Below are positions 1-12,500 of a stretch of DNA of 64,000 nt, piece by piece; position 1 is the first letter of the stretch; every line of letters begins with the position of its first letter. A program made the translations under genes and the position numbers. The notes below the pieces were generated by a model, which was not told the DNA's origin, searched no databases, and saw only the letters and a list, made by a program, of their open reading frames with translations. The stretch spans positions 27,528,001-27,592,000 of the forward strand of contig OZ296655.1 in NCBI GenBank assembly GCA_965655095.1. Reading direction: 5' to 3'. Origin of the DNA: Haplodiscus bocki (lineage: Eukaryota).

Positions 1-907
1 ATGTAAATATAGACTGGGATGGATGAACCACATATAGAAACAGGTCATAAGGAAGTGCATACAGTTGGTTGTCGCACATGATAAGTAATAGGTTCTTGTG
101 GAGCCACAATTTGTTTGAAAGACAATGATCACCGGTTGGACATATCTGGTCGTACACCTGGATTAGATTCTTCAAATTCAATATCCGACATTTCAAATTG
201 TATGCAATGGCTAGCTCCTGTGGGAATACTACGGGGTGTTTTCGGAGCAGGCACGTCACAGTTAGAATAAAAATTTTCGAATTATGTTTGAGTCAGTTCT
301 CTAGCAGAGCGGATCATGTCCTGGAGCTCGTTGGCTCTGAAATCAGGCTCCTTGATCAGAGCATTCACTTTTTTCAATCGCTCCCGCTTGACTGAGGAAG
401 GCAGATTTGCCTCTTCGGTGGAACGTATGATCTTCTAAAAGGTTGTCGGTGCATCAGATAGAGCGCGCTTGAACTGATTGGATGAAGCACTGTAAATTGA
501 AGCAGCGGCAGTGACTTATTCATACACTTGATGCATAATGGCTCACTGACATTGTAAAGAGAACTGGGTGTTTCTGCACTACTCAACTTAATAGCTTTCT
601 AAATGGGGATACCGGATTGCTGGCTGTTGGGGAGAACGATGGTGAGATGCAGTTTGTTCCAAGGTTAGAGGAGCATCAAGGTATTCTCTTCTGTCTCGGA
701 ACTCATCATAATGGTAGAATTCAGTCAATTGCTTCTTCACCCCATCAAACATCTTGTGAAACTCACTGACACCTGCAAGAATCTGGGTCCATGCGGGAGA
801 TTTTATGCCGATAGGCACGGCTTGGACAAAAATCTGCAATTGTACTGTCTGGATTAAAATAGGTCTCAACAATAGCATGGTAAACCTCTTCCTCCTCTTC
901 AACTCTG
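1..907 (-). pseudogene. L: Partial copy of the viral L fragment (N-terminal part), cut by the window edge
   Basis: Same sequence as ~2587-3490; ORF 588-902 contains EYLDAPLTLE. Confidence 0.85.
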
Positions 908-989
908 CGAGAAACGATAAAATTTTGTTTTGTCTTTATAAAAGAGATGGTCAAACACCAGAAATTCGATGTGCTGGACGATGAAGATG

Positions 990-3490
990 TTCTCAAGACA
1001 CCACCTTCAGATCCGCAAGCACAGTGTCTGAGAGATATATTTTTTTTCTTGTTGTAACGGGTGAGGGTAGATGATCTGGAAGTCTTCTCAGGCTTCAGAA
1101 AAAGCACTACCCTGCACAGAATTTTCTCAGTTCGTTCATGAACTCAGTATTGTAATGTGATGTCAAATTAGAAACAACCCTGACAGCTGGCGTTACATCA
1201 ATACCACACACAACCTTTTTCCCGGATGATGCTTTGGACCCTGTGTAAATATGTATCTTCTTGAAGGCACTCACTTTCAGTCCAGTCATCCATCCCCATA
1301 TGTCCTGGAGAATACCCTCATTCCATCCGAGGTGACCAGTCCATGTTCTAGATTCTGTCTCGGGGGTCCTGGGAACATCAGATGCGGAAGGTGAATAAAA
1401 GCCTCCCTACCGGTGAATTGGTTGGTGAAATGTCCTACGACACCTCTCGATCAGGTGGTCGTACTCAAGTATGTCATTTGCTATCTTGAAAAACGGCATT
1501 TCAAGCTCAAGCTGGAAGAAGAGGTTCCAAGTTTCAAAGTCAATCTCATTGATAACGCGTGACCGTGGGTATCAAATTTTTGATAATTTGTGAAACCGAT
1601 GATTCAACTGATCGCCAATCTCGGTAACAGGGTTGTATGAAAAACTTGGTGTCATGTACTGGCGGAATTTTTTCAACACTGGAACTTATCAATCGAGATA
1701 TGAAATGTTGGGAGATTAGTGTTGCTTTGAAATCTTTCTTCAAAGTCGGCTTGCCAACGATGTCAGCTTGTTCAAATCCAAAGGACTCAATCAGGTCTCC
1801 ATGCTCTTTAAGGTCCATTTGTTTTAATGTTCTGACTGTCATCCTGTACTTGTCTCTGACATCTGTTGCGAAACAGTTTTTGAGATGAGGGGCTTGAGGA
1901 GTTTGGCTTTTGTCCTTAATGGTTGCGGCAGGGCCAATATGATAGTCAAACTTATACATACAACTTTCCAAATTTAACCTTAATAGTCTCCCCTGTCCCA
2001 CAGGTCAGCAGCATTTAGTGGGTCTTTCTCCTTTGCTAGCTTGTGGAAACTTGGGGACAAAGTATCCAAGTTCGTTATCAGGGGCCATTTTCTACGGTGG
2101 TAATGGTAGGCTGTCATGGCTACTAATCCCTCAGTACTTTCTTCTTGGGTCTTCTAATGGTCTAGGTTCAGTTGCTGTCCCAACCCTTTGGGTCTTCTCT
2201 AAACATTCTGATGCGTGAAAGATTGGGAATTTTAGGGATTTTGTGACATTGCTCAGTTCTAGGGCCGCTGAACCTGACAATTCACCAATACATTTCCGAA
2301 CTAACAGTTGCAACTTGTCCGAAGGATGGATAGAACCTAATTTCCATTCAGTGTATCTTCTTTACAAGACTTGAGATAAGAATTCTTGATCAGAGTGATC
2401 GGATCTTCCATGTTGACCATATTGTTGATCAATCCATGTAAATATTTTGCCTCCACTGCACTCTCAACAGGAGCAGTTTCTATCATTTCGTGCTTCCACC
2501 GAAAAAAATAGCGGAGGTATTGGTGTGCTTGTTGATTAACTGTGTTTCTTTTAAACTTCATGTCATATGGATCCAGGAAACCTCGGATGTAAGTATAGAC
2601 TGGGATGGATGAACCACATCGAGAAACAGGTCATAGGGAACTGCATACAGTTGGTTGTCGCACATGATAAGTAATAGGTTCTTGTGGAGCCACAATTTGT
2701 TTGAAAGACAATGATCACCGGATGGACATATTTGGTCGTACACCTGGATTAGATTCTTCAATTTCAATATCCCACATTTCAAATTGTATGCAATGGCTAG
2801 CTCCTGTGGGAATACTACGGGGTGTTTTTTGGGAGCAGGCACGTCACAGTTAGAATAAAATTTTTCAAATATGTTTGAGTCAGATCTATAGCAGAGCGGA
2901 TCATGTCCTGGAGCTCGTTGGCTCTGAAATCAGGCTCCTTGATCAGAGCATTCACTTTTTTCAGTCGCTCCCTCTTGACTGAGGAAGGCAGATTTGCCTC
3001 TTCGGTGGAACGTATGATCTTGAAGGTTGTCGGTGCATCAGATAGAGCGCGCTTGAACTGATTGGAGGGAGCACTGTAAATTGAAGCAGCGGCAGTGACT
3101 GATTCATACACTTGATGCATAATGGCACACTGACATTCTAAAGAGAACTGGGTGTTTCTGCTCTACTCAACTTAATAATTTTGTAAATGGGGATACCGGA
3201 TTGCTGGCTGTTGGGGAGAATGATGGTGAGATGCAGTTTGTTCCAAGGTTAGAGGAGCATCAAGGTGTTCTCTTCTGTCTCGGAACTCATCTTAATGGTA
3301 GAATTCAGTCAATTGCTTCTTCACCCCATCAAACATCTTGTGAAACTCACTGATACCTGCAAGAATCTGGGTCCATGCGGGAGATTTTATGCCGATAGGC
3401 ACGGCTTGGACAAAAATCTGCCATTGTACTGTCTGGATTAAAATAGGTCTCAACAATAGCATGGTAAACCTCTTCCTCCTCTTCAACTCT
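990..3490 (-). pseudogene. L: Endogenous viral element: frameshifted 5' fragment of a Mononegavirales/chuvirus-like L protein (RNA-dependent RNA polymerase), representative full monomer
   Basis: Minus-strand motifs occur in the correct order. EHLDAPL (~3250-3270) resembles paramyxovirus HLDSPI. ELSNVTKSL(I)FPIFHASECLEK is at 2131-2313, and AYHYHRR(K)KWPLI at ~2075-2115. FDYHIGPAATIKDKS and KPTLKK(E)FK are in ORF 1546-2001. Motif A INEIDFETWNLFF is at ~1512-1553, motif B WTGHLG(G)NEGILQDIWGW at ~1290-1343, motif C position SSGK(N/K)VV at 1215-1223, and motif D LFLKPE(E)T..S.LTRYNK at ~1050-1107. HLDAP to motif C is about 680 codons, as expected for L proteins. Boundaries are approximate. Confidence 0.9.
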
Positions 3491-3572
3491 GCGAGAAACG
3501 ATAAAATTTTGTTTTGTTTTATAAAAGAGATGGTCAAACACCAGAAAATCGATGTGCTGGACGATGGAGATG

Positions 3573-6500
3573 TTGTCAAGATACCACCTTCAGATCCGCA
3601 AGCACAGTGTCTGAGAGATAATTTTTTTTTCTTTTTGTAACGGGTGCGGGTAGATGATCCGGAAGTGTCCTCAGGCTTCTCAAGAAGCACTACCCTGCAC
3701 AGAATTTTCTCAGTTCGTTCATGAACTCAGTATTATAATGTGATGTCAAATTAGAAACAACCCTGATAGCTGGCGTTACATCAATACCACGCACAACGTT
3801 TTTCCCGGATGATGCTTTGGACCCTGTGTAACTATGTATCTTCTTGAAGGCACTCACTTTCAATCCAGTCATCCATCCCCATATGTCCTGGAGAGTACCC
3901 TCATTCCCTCCGAGGTGACCAGTCCATGTTCTAGATTCTGTCTCTGGGGTCCCGGGAACATCAGATGCGGAAGGTGAATAAAAGCCTCCCTACCGGTGAA
4001 TTGGTTGGTGAAATGTCATACGACACCTCTTGATCAAGTGGTCCTACTGAAGTATGTCATTTGCTATCCTGAAAAACGGCGTTTCAAGCTCAAGCTGGAA
4101 GAAGAGGTTCCAAGGTGTAAATCATTCTCATTGGTAACCCATGACCGTGAGTATCAACTTTTTTTGATAGTTTGTGAAACCGATGATTCAACTGATCGCC
4201 AATCTCGGTAACAGGCTTGTATGAAAAACTTGGTATCATGTACTGGCGGAATTTTTTTAACACTGGCAATTATAATTCGAGGTATGAAATGTTGGGAGAT
4301 TAGTGTTGCTTTGAACTCTTTCGTCAAAGTCGGCTTGACAACGTGGTCAGCTTGTTCGAATCCATAGGATTCAATCAGGTCTCCATGCTCTTAAAGTTCC
4401 ATTTGTTTGAATGTTCTGACTGTCATCATGTACTTGTCTTTGACATCTGTTGCAAAACAGTTTTTGAAATGAGGGGCTTGAGGAGCTTTGCTTGTCCTTA
4501 ATGGTTGCGGCAGGGCCAATATTATAGGCAAAGTTATACATACAACTTTCCACATTTAAACTTAATAATCTCCCATGTCCCACAGGTCAGCAGCATTTGG
4601 TGGTTCTCTCTCTTTGCTAGCTTGTGCAAACTTCGGGACAAAGTATCCAAGTTCGTTATCAGGGGCCATTTCTTTCTACGATGCTACTGGTAGGCTATCA
4701 TGGCTACTAATCCCTGTTTTTACTTCTTGGGTCTTCTAATGGTCTAGGTTCAGTTGCTGTCCCAACCCTTTGGGTCTTCTCTAAACATTCTGATGCGTGA
4801 AAGATTGGGAATATTAGGGATTTCTTGACATTGCTCAGTTCTAGGGCCGCTGAAGCTGACAATTCACCAATACATTTCCGAACTAACAATTGCAACTTGT
4901 TCGAAGGATGGATAGAACCTAATTTCCATTCAGTGTATCTTCTTTGAAAGACTTGAGGTAAGAATTCTTGATCAGCTTGATCGGATCTTCCATGTTGACC
5001 ATATTGTTGATCAATCCATGTAAATATTTTGCCTCCACTGCACTCTCAACAGGAGCAGTTTCAATCATTTCGTGCTTCCACCGAAAGAATTAGCGGAGGC
5101 ATTGGTGTGCTTGCTGATTAACTGTGTTTCCTTGAAACTTCATCTAATATGGTTTCAGGAATTCTCGGAGGTAAGTATAGACTGGGATGGATGAACCACA
5201 TATAGAAACAGGTCATAAGGAACTGCATACAGTTGGTTGTCGCACATGATAAGTAATAGGTTCTTGTGGAGCCACAATTTGTTTGAAAAGACAATGATCA
5301 CCGGATGGACATATCTGGTCGTACACCTGGATTAGATTCAAATTCAATATCCCACATTTCAAATTGTGTGCAATGGCTAGCTCCTGTGGGAATACTACGG
5401 GGTGTTTTTTGGGAGCAGGCACGTCACAGTTAGAATAAAATTTTTCAAATATGTTTGAGTCAGATCTATAGCAGAGCGGGTCATGTCCTGGAGCTCGTTG
5501 GCTCTACAATCAGGCTCCTTGATCAGAGCATTCACTTTTTTCAATCGCTCCCGCTTGACTGAGGAAGGCAGATTTTCCTCTTCTGTGGAACGTATGATCT
5601 TCTTGAAGGTTGTCGGTGCATCAGATAGAGCGCGCTTGAACTGATTGGAGGGAGCACTGTAAATTGAAGCAGCGGCTGTGACTGATTCATACACTTGATG
5701 CATAATGGGACACTGACATTGTAAAGAGAACTGGGTGTTTCTGCACTAATCAACTTAATAGTTTTCTAAATGGGGATACCGGTCTGCTGGCTGTTGGGTA
5801 GAGTGATGGTGAGATGCAGTTTGTTCCAAGGTTAAAGGAGCATCAAGGTGTTCTCTTCTGTCTCGGAACTCATCATAATGGTAGAATTCAGTCAATTGCT
5901 TCTTCACCCCATCAAACATCTTGTGAAACTCACTGACACCTGCAAGAATGTGGGTCCATGCGTGAGATTTTAAGCCGATAGGCACGGCTTGGACAAAAAT
6001 CTGCAATTGTACTGTCTGGATTACAATAGGTCTCAACAATAGCATGGTAAACCTCTTCCTCCTCTTCAACTCTGCGAGAAACGATAAAATTTTGTTTTGT
6101 CTTCATAAAAGAGATGGTCAAACACCAGAAAGTCGATGTGCTGGACGATGAAGATGTTCTCAAGACACCACCTTCAGATCCGCAAGCACAGTGTCTGAGA
6201 GATAATTTTTTTCTTGTTGTAACGGGTGAGGGTAGATGATCCGGAAGTCTCCTCAGGCTTCAGAAAAAGCACTACCCTGCACAGAATTTTCTCAGTTCGT
6301 TCATGAACTCAGTATTGTAATGTGATGTCAAATTCGAAACAACCCTGATAGCTAGAGTTACATCAATACCACACACAACGTTTTTCCCGGATGATGCATT
6401 GGACCCTGTGTAACTATGTATCTTCTTGAAGGCACTCACTTTCAATCCAGTCATCCATCCCCATATGTCCTGGAGAATACCCTCATTCCCTCCGAGGTGG

Positions 6501-9500
6501 CCAGTCCATGTTCTAGATTCTGTCTCTGGGGTCCCGGGAACATCAGATGCGGAAGGTGAATAAAAGCCTCCCTACCGGTGAATTGGTTGGCGAAATGTCA
6601 TACGACACCTCTCGATCAAGTGGTCCTACTGAAGTATGTCTTTTGCTATCCTGAAAAACGGCATTTCAAGCTCAAGCTGGAAGAAGAGGTTCCAAGATGT
6701 AAAATCAATCTCATTGATAACCCATGACCGTGAGTATCAACTTTTTTTGATAGTTTGTGGAACCGATGATTCAACTGATTGCCAATCTCGGTAACAGGCT
6801 TGGATGAAAAACTTGGAATCATGTACTGGCGGAATTTTTTCAACACTGGCATTTATCATTCGATGTTTGAAATGCTGGGAGATTAGTGTTGCTTTGAACT
6901 CTTTCTTCAAAGTCGGCTTGACAACGAGGTCAGCTTGTTCAAATCCATAGGATTCAATCAGGTCTCCATGCTCTTAAAGGTCCATTTGTTTGAATATTCT
7001 GACTGTCATCCTGTATTTGACTTTGACATCTGTTGCAAAACAGTTTTTGAAATGAGGGGCTTGAAGAGCTTGGCTTTTGTCCTTAATGGTTGCGACAGGG
7101 CCAATGTGATAGTCAAAGTTATACATACAACTTTCCACATTTAACCTTAATAATCTCCCATGTCCCACAGGTCAGCATTATTTGGTGGGTCTTTCTCCTT
7201 TGCTAGCTTGTGGAAACTTGGGGAAAAAGTATCCAAGTTCGTTATCAGGGGCCATTTTTTTCTACGGTGGTAATGGTAGGCTATCATGGCTACTAATCCC
7301 TCAGTTTTTACTTCTTGGGTCTTCTAATGGTCTAGGTTCAGTTGCTGTCCCAACCCTTTGGGTCTTCTCTAAACATTCTGATGCGTGAAAGATTGGGAAT
7401 ATTAGGGATTTTGTGACCTTGCTCAGTTCTAGGGCCGCTGAAGCTGACAATTCACCAATACATTTCCGAACTAACAAATGCAACTTGTCCGAAGGATGGA
7501 TAGAACCTAATTTCCATTCAGTGTATCTTCTTTAAAAGATTTGAGGTAAGAATTCTTGATCAGCTTGATCGGATCTTTCATGTTGACCATATTGTTGATC
7601 AATCCATGTAAATATTTTGCCTCCACTGCACTCTCAACAGGAGCAGTTTCAATCATTTCGTGCTTCCACCGAAAGAATTAGCGGAGGCATTGGTGTGCTT
7701 GCTGATTAACTGTGTTTCCTTGAAACTTCATCTAATATGGTTTCAGGAATTCTCGGAGGTAAGTATAGACTGGGATGGATGAACCACATATAGAAACAGG
7801 TCATAAGGAACTGCATACAGTTGGTTGTCGCACATGATAAGTAATAGGTTCTTGTGGAGCCACAATTTGTTTGAAAAACAATGATCACCGGATGGACATA
7901 TCTGGTCGTACACCTGGATTAGATTCTTCAAGTTCAATATCCCACATTTCAAATTGTATGCAGTGGCTAGCTCCTGTGGGAATACTACGGGGTGTTTTTT
8001 GGGAGCAGGCACGTCACAATTAGAATAAAAATTTTCAAATATGTTTGCGTCAGATCTATAGCAGAGCGGATCATGTCCTGGAGCTCGTTGGCTCTGAAAT
8101 CAGGCTCCTTGATCAGAGCATTCACTTTTTTCAATCGCTCCCGCTTGACTGAGGAAGGCAGATTTGCCTCTTCGGTGGAACGTATGATCTTCTTGAAGGT
8201 TGTCGGTGCATCAGATAGAGCGCGCTTGAACTGATTGGAGGGAGCACTGTAAATTGAAGCAGCGGCAGTGACTGATTCATACACTTGATGCATAATGGCA
8301 CACTGACATTGTAAAGAGAACTGGGTGTTTCTGCACTACTCAACTTAATAGTTTTCTAAATGGGGATACCGGTCTGCTGGCTGTTGGGGAGAATGATTGT
8401 GAGATGCAGTTTGTTCCAAGGTGTAAGGAGCATCAAGGTGTTCTCTTCTGTCTCGGAACTCATCATAATAGTAGAATTCAGTCAATTGCTTCTTCACCCC
8501 ATCAAACATCTTGTGAAACTCACTGACACCTGCAAGAATGTGTGTCCATGCGGGAGATTTTATGCCGATAGGCACGGCTTGGACAAAAATCTGCAATTGT
8601 ACTGTCTGGATTAAAATAGGTCTCAACAATGGCATGGTAAACCTCTTCCTCCTCTTCAACTCTGCGAGAAACGATTAATTTTTGTTTTGTCTTTATAGAA
8701 GAGATGGTCAAACACCAGAAAATCGATGTGCTGGACGATGAAGATGTTCTCAAGACACCACCTTCAGATCCGCAAGCACAGTGTCTGAAAGATAATTTTT
8801 TTTCTTGTTGTAACGGGTGAGTGTAGATGATCCGGAAGTCTCCTCAGGCTTCAGAAAAAGCACTACCCTGCACAGAATTTTCTCAGTTCGTTCATGAACT
8901 CAGTATTGTAATGTGATGTCAAATTCGAAACAACCCTGATAGCTAGAGTTACATCAATACCACACACAACGTTTTTCCCGGATGATGCATTGGACCCTGT
9001 GTAACTATGTATCTTCTTGAAGGCACTCACTTTCAATCCAGTCATCCATCCCCATATGTCCTGGAGAGTACCCTCATTCCCTCCGAGGTGACCAGTCCAT
9101 GTTCTAGATTCTGTCTCTGGGGTCCCGGGAACATCAGATGCGGAAGGTGAATAAAAGCCTCCCTACCGGTGAATTGGTTGGTGAAATGTCATACGACACC
9201 TCTTGATCAAGTGGTCCTACTGAAGTATGTCATTTGCTATCCTGAAAAACGGCGTTTCAAGCTCAAGCTGGAAGAAGAGGTTCCAAGGTGTAAATCATTC
9301 TCATTGGTAACCCATGACCGTGAGTATCAACTTTTTTTGATAGTTTGTGAAACCGATGATTCAACTGATCGCCAATCTCGGTAACAGGCTTGTATGAAAA
9401 ACTTGGTATCATGTACTGGCGGAATTTTTTTAACACTGGCAATTATAATTCGAGGTATGAAATGTTGGGAGATTAGTGTTGCTTTGAACTCTTTCGTCAA

Positions 9501-12500
9501 AGTCGGCTTGACAACGTGGTCAGCTTGTTCGAATCCATAGGATTCAATCAGGTCTCCATGCTCTTAAAGTTCCATTTGTTTGAATGTTCTGACTGTCATC
9601 ATGTACTTGTCTTTGACATCTGTTGCAAAACAGTTTTTGAAATGAGGGGCTTGAGGAGCTTTGCTTGTCCTTAATGGTTGCGGCAGGGCCAATATTATAG
9701 GCAAAGTTATACATACAACTTTCCACATTTAAACTTAATAATCTCCCATGTCCCACAGGTCAGCAGCATTTGGTGGTTCTCTCTCTTTGCTAGCTTGTGC
9801 AAACTTCGGGACAAAGTATCCAAGTTCGTTATCAGGGGCCATTTCTTTCTACGATGCTACTGGTAGGCTATCATGGCTACTAATCCCTGTTTTTACTTCT
9901 TGGGTCTTCTAATGGTCTAGGTTCAGTTGCTGTCCCAACCCTTTGGGTCTTCTCTAAACATTCTGATGCGTGAAAGATTGGGAATATTAGGGATTTCTTG
10001 ACATTGCTCAGTTCTTGGGCCGCTGAAGCTGACAATTCACCAATACATTTCCGAACTAACAATTGCAACTTGTTCGAAGGATGGATAGAACCTAATTTCC
10101 ATTCAGTGTATCTTCTTTGAAAGACTTGAGGTAAGAATTCTTGATCAGCTTGATCGGATCTTCCATGTTGACCATATTGTTGATCAATCCATGTAAATAT
10201 TTTGCCTCCACTGCACTCTCAACAGGAGCAGTTTCAATCATTTCGTGCTTCCACCGAAAGAATTAGCGGAGGCATTGGTGTGCTTGCTGATTAACTGTGT
10301 TTCCTTGAAACTTCATCTAATATGGTTTCAGGAATTCTCGGAGGTAAGTATAGACTGGGATGGATGAACCACATATAGAAACAGGTCATAAGGAACTGCA
10401 TACAGTTGGTTGTCGCACATGATAAGTAATAGGTTCTTGTGGAGCCACAATTTGTTTGAAAAGACAATGATCACCGGATGGACATATCTGGTCGTACACC
10501 TGGATTAGATTCAAATTCAATATCCCACATTTCAAATTGTGTGCAATGGCTAGCTCCTGTGGGAATACTACGGGGTGTTTTTTGGGAGCAGGCACGTCAC
10601 AGTTAGAATAAAATTTTTCAAATATGTTTGAGTCAGATCTATAGCAGAGCGGGTCATGTCCTGGAGCTCGTTGGCTCTACAATCAGGCTCCTTGATCAGA
10701 GCATTCACTTTTTTCAATCGCTCCCGCTTGACTGAGGAAGGCAGATTTTCCTCTTCTGTGGAACGTATGATCTTCTTGAAGGTTGTCGGTGCATCAGATA
10801 GAGCGCGCTTGAACTGATTGGAGGGAGCACTGTAAATTGAAGCAGCGGCTGTGACTGATTCATACACTTGATGCATAATGGGACACTGACATTGTAAAGA
10901 GAACTGGGTGTTTCTGCACTAATCAACTTAATAGTTTTCTAAATGGGGATACCGGTCTGCTGGCTGTTGGGTAGAGTGATGGTGAGATGCAGTTTGTTCC
11001 AAGGTTAAAGGAGCATCAAGGTGTTCTCTTCTGTCTCGGAACTCATCATAATGGTAGAATTCAGTCAATTGCTTCTTCACCCCATCAAACATCTTGTGAA
11101 ACTCACTGACACCTGCAAGAATGTGGGTCCATGCGTGAGATTTTAAGCCGATAGGCACGGCTTGGACAAAAATCTGCAATTGTACTGTCTGGATTACAAT
11201 AGGTCTCAACAATAGCATGGTAAACCTCTTCCTCCTCTTCAACTCTGCGAGAAACGATAAAATTTTGTTTTGTCTTCATAAAAGAGATGGTCAAACACCA
11301 GAAAGTCGATGTGCTGGACGATGAAGATGTTCTCAAGACACCACCTTCAGATCCGCAAGCACAGTGTCTGAGAGATAATTTTTTTCTTGTTGTAACGGGT
11401 GAGGGTAGATGATCCGGAAGTCTCCTCAGGCTTCAGAAAAAGCACTACCCTGCACAGAATTTTCTCAGTTCGTTCATGAACTCAGTATTGTAATGTGATG
11501 TCAAATTCGAAACAACCCTGATAGCTAGAGTTACATCAATACCACACACAACGTTTTTCCCGGATGATGCATTGGACCCTGTGTAACTATGTATCTTCTT
11601 GAAGGCACTCACTTTCAATCCAGTCATCCATCCCCATATGTCCTGGAGAATACCCTCATTCCCTCCGAGGTGGCCAGTCCATGTTCTAGATTCTGTCTCT
11701 GGGGTCCCGGGAACATCAGATGCGGAAGGTGAATAAAAGCCTCCCTACCGGTGAATTGGTTGGCGAAATGTCATACGACACCTCTCGATCAAGTGGTCCT
11801 ACTGAAGTATGTCTTTTGCTATCCTGAAAAACGGCATTTCAAGCTCAAGCTGGAAGAAGAGGTTCCAAGATGTAAAATCAATCTCATTGATAACCCATGA
11901 CCGTGAGTATCAACTTTTTTTGATAGTTTGTGGAACCGATGATTCAACTGATTGCCAATCTCGGTAACAGGCTTGGATGAAAAACTTGGAATCATGTACT
12001 GGCGGAATTTTTTCAACACTGGCATTTATCATTCGATGTTTGAAATGCTGGGAGATTAGTGTTGCTTTGAACTCTTTCTTCAAAGTCGGCTTGACAACGA
12101 GGTCAGCTTGTTCAAATCCATAGGATTCAATCAGGTCTCCATGCTCTTAAAGGTCCATTTGTTTGAATATTCTGACTGTCATCCTGTATTTGACTTTGAC
12201 ATCTGTTGCAAAACAGTTTTTGAAATGAGGGGCTTGAAGAGCTTGGCTTTTGTCCTTAATGGTTGCGACAGGGCCAATGTGATAGTCAAAGTTATACATA
12301 CAACTTTCCACATTTAACCTTAATAATCTCCCATGTCCCACAGGTCAGCATTATTTGGTGGGTCTTTCTCCTTTGCTAGCTTGTGGAAACTTGGGGAAAA
12401 AGTATCCAAGTTCGTTATCAGGGGCCATTTTTTTCTACGGTGGTAATGGTAGGCTATCATGGCTACTAATCCCTCAGTTTTTACTTCTTGGGTCTTCTAA

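Noticed and set aside
1400-1480. Alternative genetic code (TAG reassignment) explaining stops in the viral sequence
   Set aside because: Frameshifting indels and polymorphic stops (TAC in some copies, TAG in others) show ordinary pseudogene decay.
990-3490. Monomer as a complete circular viral genome or segment (chuvirus-like concatemer)
   Set aside because: It holds only the first ~800 codons of L, ending just after motif D. There are no capping or methyltransferase domains and no recognisable N or G genes.
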